Position numbers and translations under genes: made by a program | From: Acidimicrobiia bacterium | Lineage (GTDB): Bacteria; Actinomycetota; Acidimicrobiia; Spongiisociales; SHLN01 | Assembly: GCA_029862065.1 (NCBI GenBank) | Contig: JAOTYB010000001.1 | Location: 1-45,275, forward strand | DNA: 45,275 nt | Direction: 5' to 3' | Shown here: positions 43,856 through 45,275 of the stretch, in pieces | Numbering within the stretch: the first letter of the stretch is position 1 | How the letters are laid out: each line of letters starts with the position of its first letter | Notes under the pieces: model-generated | What the model saw: only the letters and a program-made list of their open reading frames with translations | Database searches by the model: none | What the model was told of the DNA's origin: nothing

Positions 43856-43985
43856 ACAACGTGCTATGGGCGACCTCGACCCGTAGGGAGGTCGGCTCAG
43901 TTGTCCTCCCAGCAACATACCGCGCAGGGATGGGAGGGTCAAGGACTAGGGCCTACCGCCCATTGCCGACCGCCAGCCGCCTCTG

Positions 43986-45275
43986 CTATGCCGGCGCTCC
44001 CCAACCTCCGCCGCCCGGCGTCTTGACCAGCAATCGATCACCAGCCCTCACTTCAACCGTCACCTTGCCGGGGAGCCGCTCGGGGGCTGATCCCCTGCGG
44101 ATGAGCCAGTCTTCGCCTTTGGCTCCCGGCCGGCCGCCGGCCAGGCCCCAGGGCGGGAGGACTCGCCGCTCCCCCATAAGGGACAGGGTGGCCGCGACCT
44201 CGAATTCGATTTCCCGCTCGATGCCATCGCCCCCTCGATGCAAACCCGCTCCTCCGCTTCCCCTCCGGAGGGCGTAGCGAAGCACCTTGAACGGATAGTG
44301 GGACTCGAGCGACTCAGTGGGCGTGTTCTTGGTGTTGGTCATGCCGGTGTGGATACCCGACTGACCGGCGCCCCCCGGCCGGGCTCCCTGGCCTCCGGCC
44401 ACCGTCTCGTAGTAGGCGAAGTCGTCGTTGCCGATGAGGATGTTGTTCATGGTGCCCTGACCAGCCGCCGGAACCCGGTCCGGAGCGGCCACGGCGAGGG
44501 CACCGAGCAACACGTCGGCGATCCGCTGGCTGGTTTCGACGTTACCGGCTGCCACAGCCGCCGGTGGGTCGGCATCGACCAGTGAGCCAGACGGGACGGT
44601 CAGCGTCAGCGGCCGATAGCAACCTCCGTTGGTCGGGATAGTGGGGTCGGTGGCGACCCGCACCGCGTAGTAGAGGCACGACCGGGTGACTGCCTCCACC
44701 GCATTGATGTTCCCCTCGACCTGGGGAGACGATCCCGTGAAGTCGGCGTGGAGGGTGCCTCCGTCGATGGTGATGGCTACCCGAATCGGCAGGAGCTCGC
44801 CGCCGAACTCCATGAAGTCGGTGAAGGTGTGCTGGCCGTCGGGCACCGCGGCGAGGGCAGCTCGCATCCGGCGCTCGCCGTAGTCGAGGAGGGCATTGGT
44901 GACGGCCTGGTATCCCGGGTCGCCGGTTGCCAGATCGATAATCCGCCTGGCCCCGGCCTCATTGGCGCCGAGCTGGGCCGACAAATCACCCAACCGCTCG
45001 GCCGGAGTCCTGGTCGCAGCCAGGAAGGGCTCAACGAATTCGGGGAGCCATTCACCGTTTTGTACCGCCGGCGTCGGCGGAACCCGGTGCCCTTCCTGGT
45101 CGACGGTGGTGGCATGGGCGGGCATTGAGCCGGGCGCCTCTCCCCCGACATCGGCGTGGTGGGCGCGATTGGCCACCCAGCCGGCCAAAGCCCCGTCGAC
45201 GAACACCGGCCGCACCAGCGTGAGATCATTGAGGTGGGTACCGCCGGCGAAGGGATCGTTCACGGCGTACTGAGT
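43986..45275 (-). CDS. hydantoinase B / oxoprolinase family protein (HyuB/OplB-like), C-terminal ~430 aa; the 5' end lies beyond the window edge
   Basis: The frame stays open to the window edge (..TQYAVNDPFAGGTHLNDLTLVRPVF..), which is the NDP(F/Y)xGGTHLxD signature of the family. C-terminus ..GGGGWGAPA. Confidence 0.8.
   Translation of the reverse strand, partial: TQYAVNDPFAGGTHLNDLTLVRPVFVDGALAGWVANRAHHADVGGEAPGSMPAHATTVDQEGHRVPPTPAVQNGEWLPEFVEPFLAATRTPAERLGDLSAQLGANEAGARRIIDLATGDPGYQAVTNALLDYGERRMRAALAAVPDGQHTFTDFMEFGGELLPIRVAITIDGGTLHADFTGSSPQVEGNINAVEAVTRSCLYYAVRVATDPTIPTNGGCYRPLTLTVPSGSLVDADPPAAVAAGNVETSQRIADVLLGALAVAAPDRVPAAGQGTMNNILIGNDDFAYYETVAGGQGARPGGAGQSGIHTGMTNTKNTPTESLESHYPFKVLRYALRRGSGGAGLHRGGDGIEREIEFEVAATLSLMGERRVLPPWGLAGGRPGAKGEDWLIRRGSAPERLPGKVTVEVRAGDRLLVKTPGGGGWGAPA

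Overview
High-GC core-genome window with Actinomycetota-type synteny (lineage is an inference from gene order, possibly Acidimicrobiia-like). Nearly everything is transcribed on the minus strand. From high to low coordinates: a partial hydantoinase-B/oxoprolinase gene, rpoB-rpoC, and a 1.4-kb poorly coding gap. Next come rpsL-rpsG-fusA-tuf and the contiguous S10 and spc ribosomal operons down to secY. A 1.9-kb insertion then separates secY from adk-map. After that come rpmJ-rpsM-rpsK-rpsD-rpoA-rplQ (no infA), a Yip1-like gene, truA, rplM-rpsI-glmM, and a glmS ribozyme with glmS. The window ends with a chain of stop/start-overlapping genes: nnr-alr-peptidase-UDG-tsaE-tsaB-rimI-tsaD', with acpS 38 nt upstream of nnr. 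ORF-track starts were trimmed where conserved N-termini, Shine-Dalgarno sites and stop/start overlaps indicate shorter genes; the track renders GTG/TTG starts as M. Four things the ORF track does not explain stand out. (1) Two same-frame plus-strand ORFs are separated only by TGA. Read through, they give a GrdB/PrdB-family protein with a U-x-x-C motif and a SECIS-like hairpin directly 3' of the TGA, so this is a candidate selenoprotein. (2) A ~135-155 bp intergenic repeat family has at least 4 copies whose ends are inverted arrays of the heptamer CTGGTAG, placed a few nt after stop codons of rplQ, map and glmS. (3) Other heptanucleotide tandem arrays, (CGGCATC)n and (CTATTGC)n, and a 30-bp tandem repeat lie in 3' intergenic regions. 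(4) A clear glmS ribozyme core lies upstream of glmS. Smaller oddities are a Yip1-like gene split over three frames, a coupled 27-codon ORF between rplB and rpsS, and acidic low-complexity tails on S11, S3 and L4. The S3 and L4 tails share a near-identical EADSPPPTA segment. The rpoC-rpsL gap is highly structured. No defence system, CRISPR array, tRNA or rRNA was seen. All homology statements come from reading the translations; no database search was possible.
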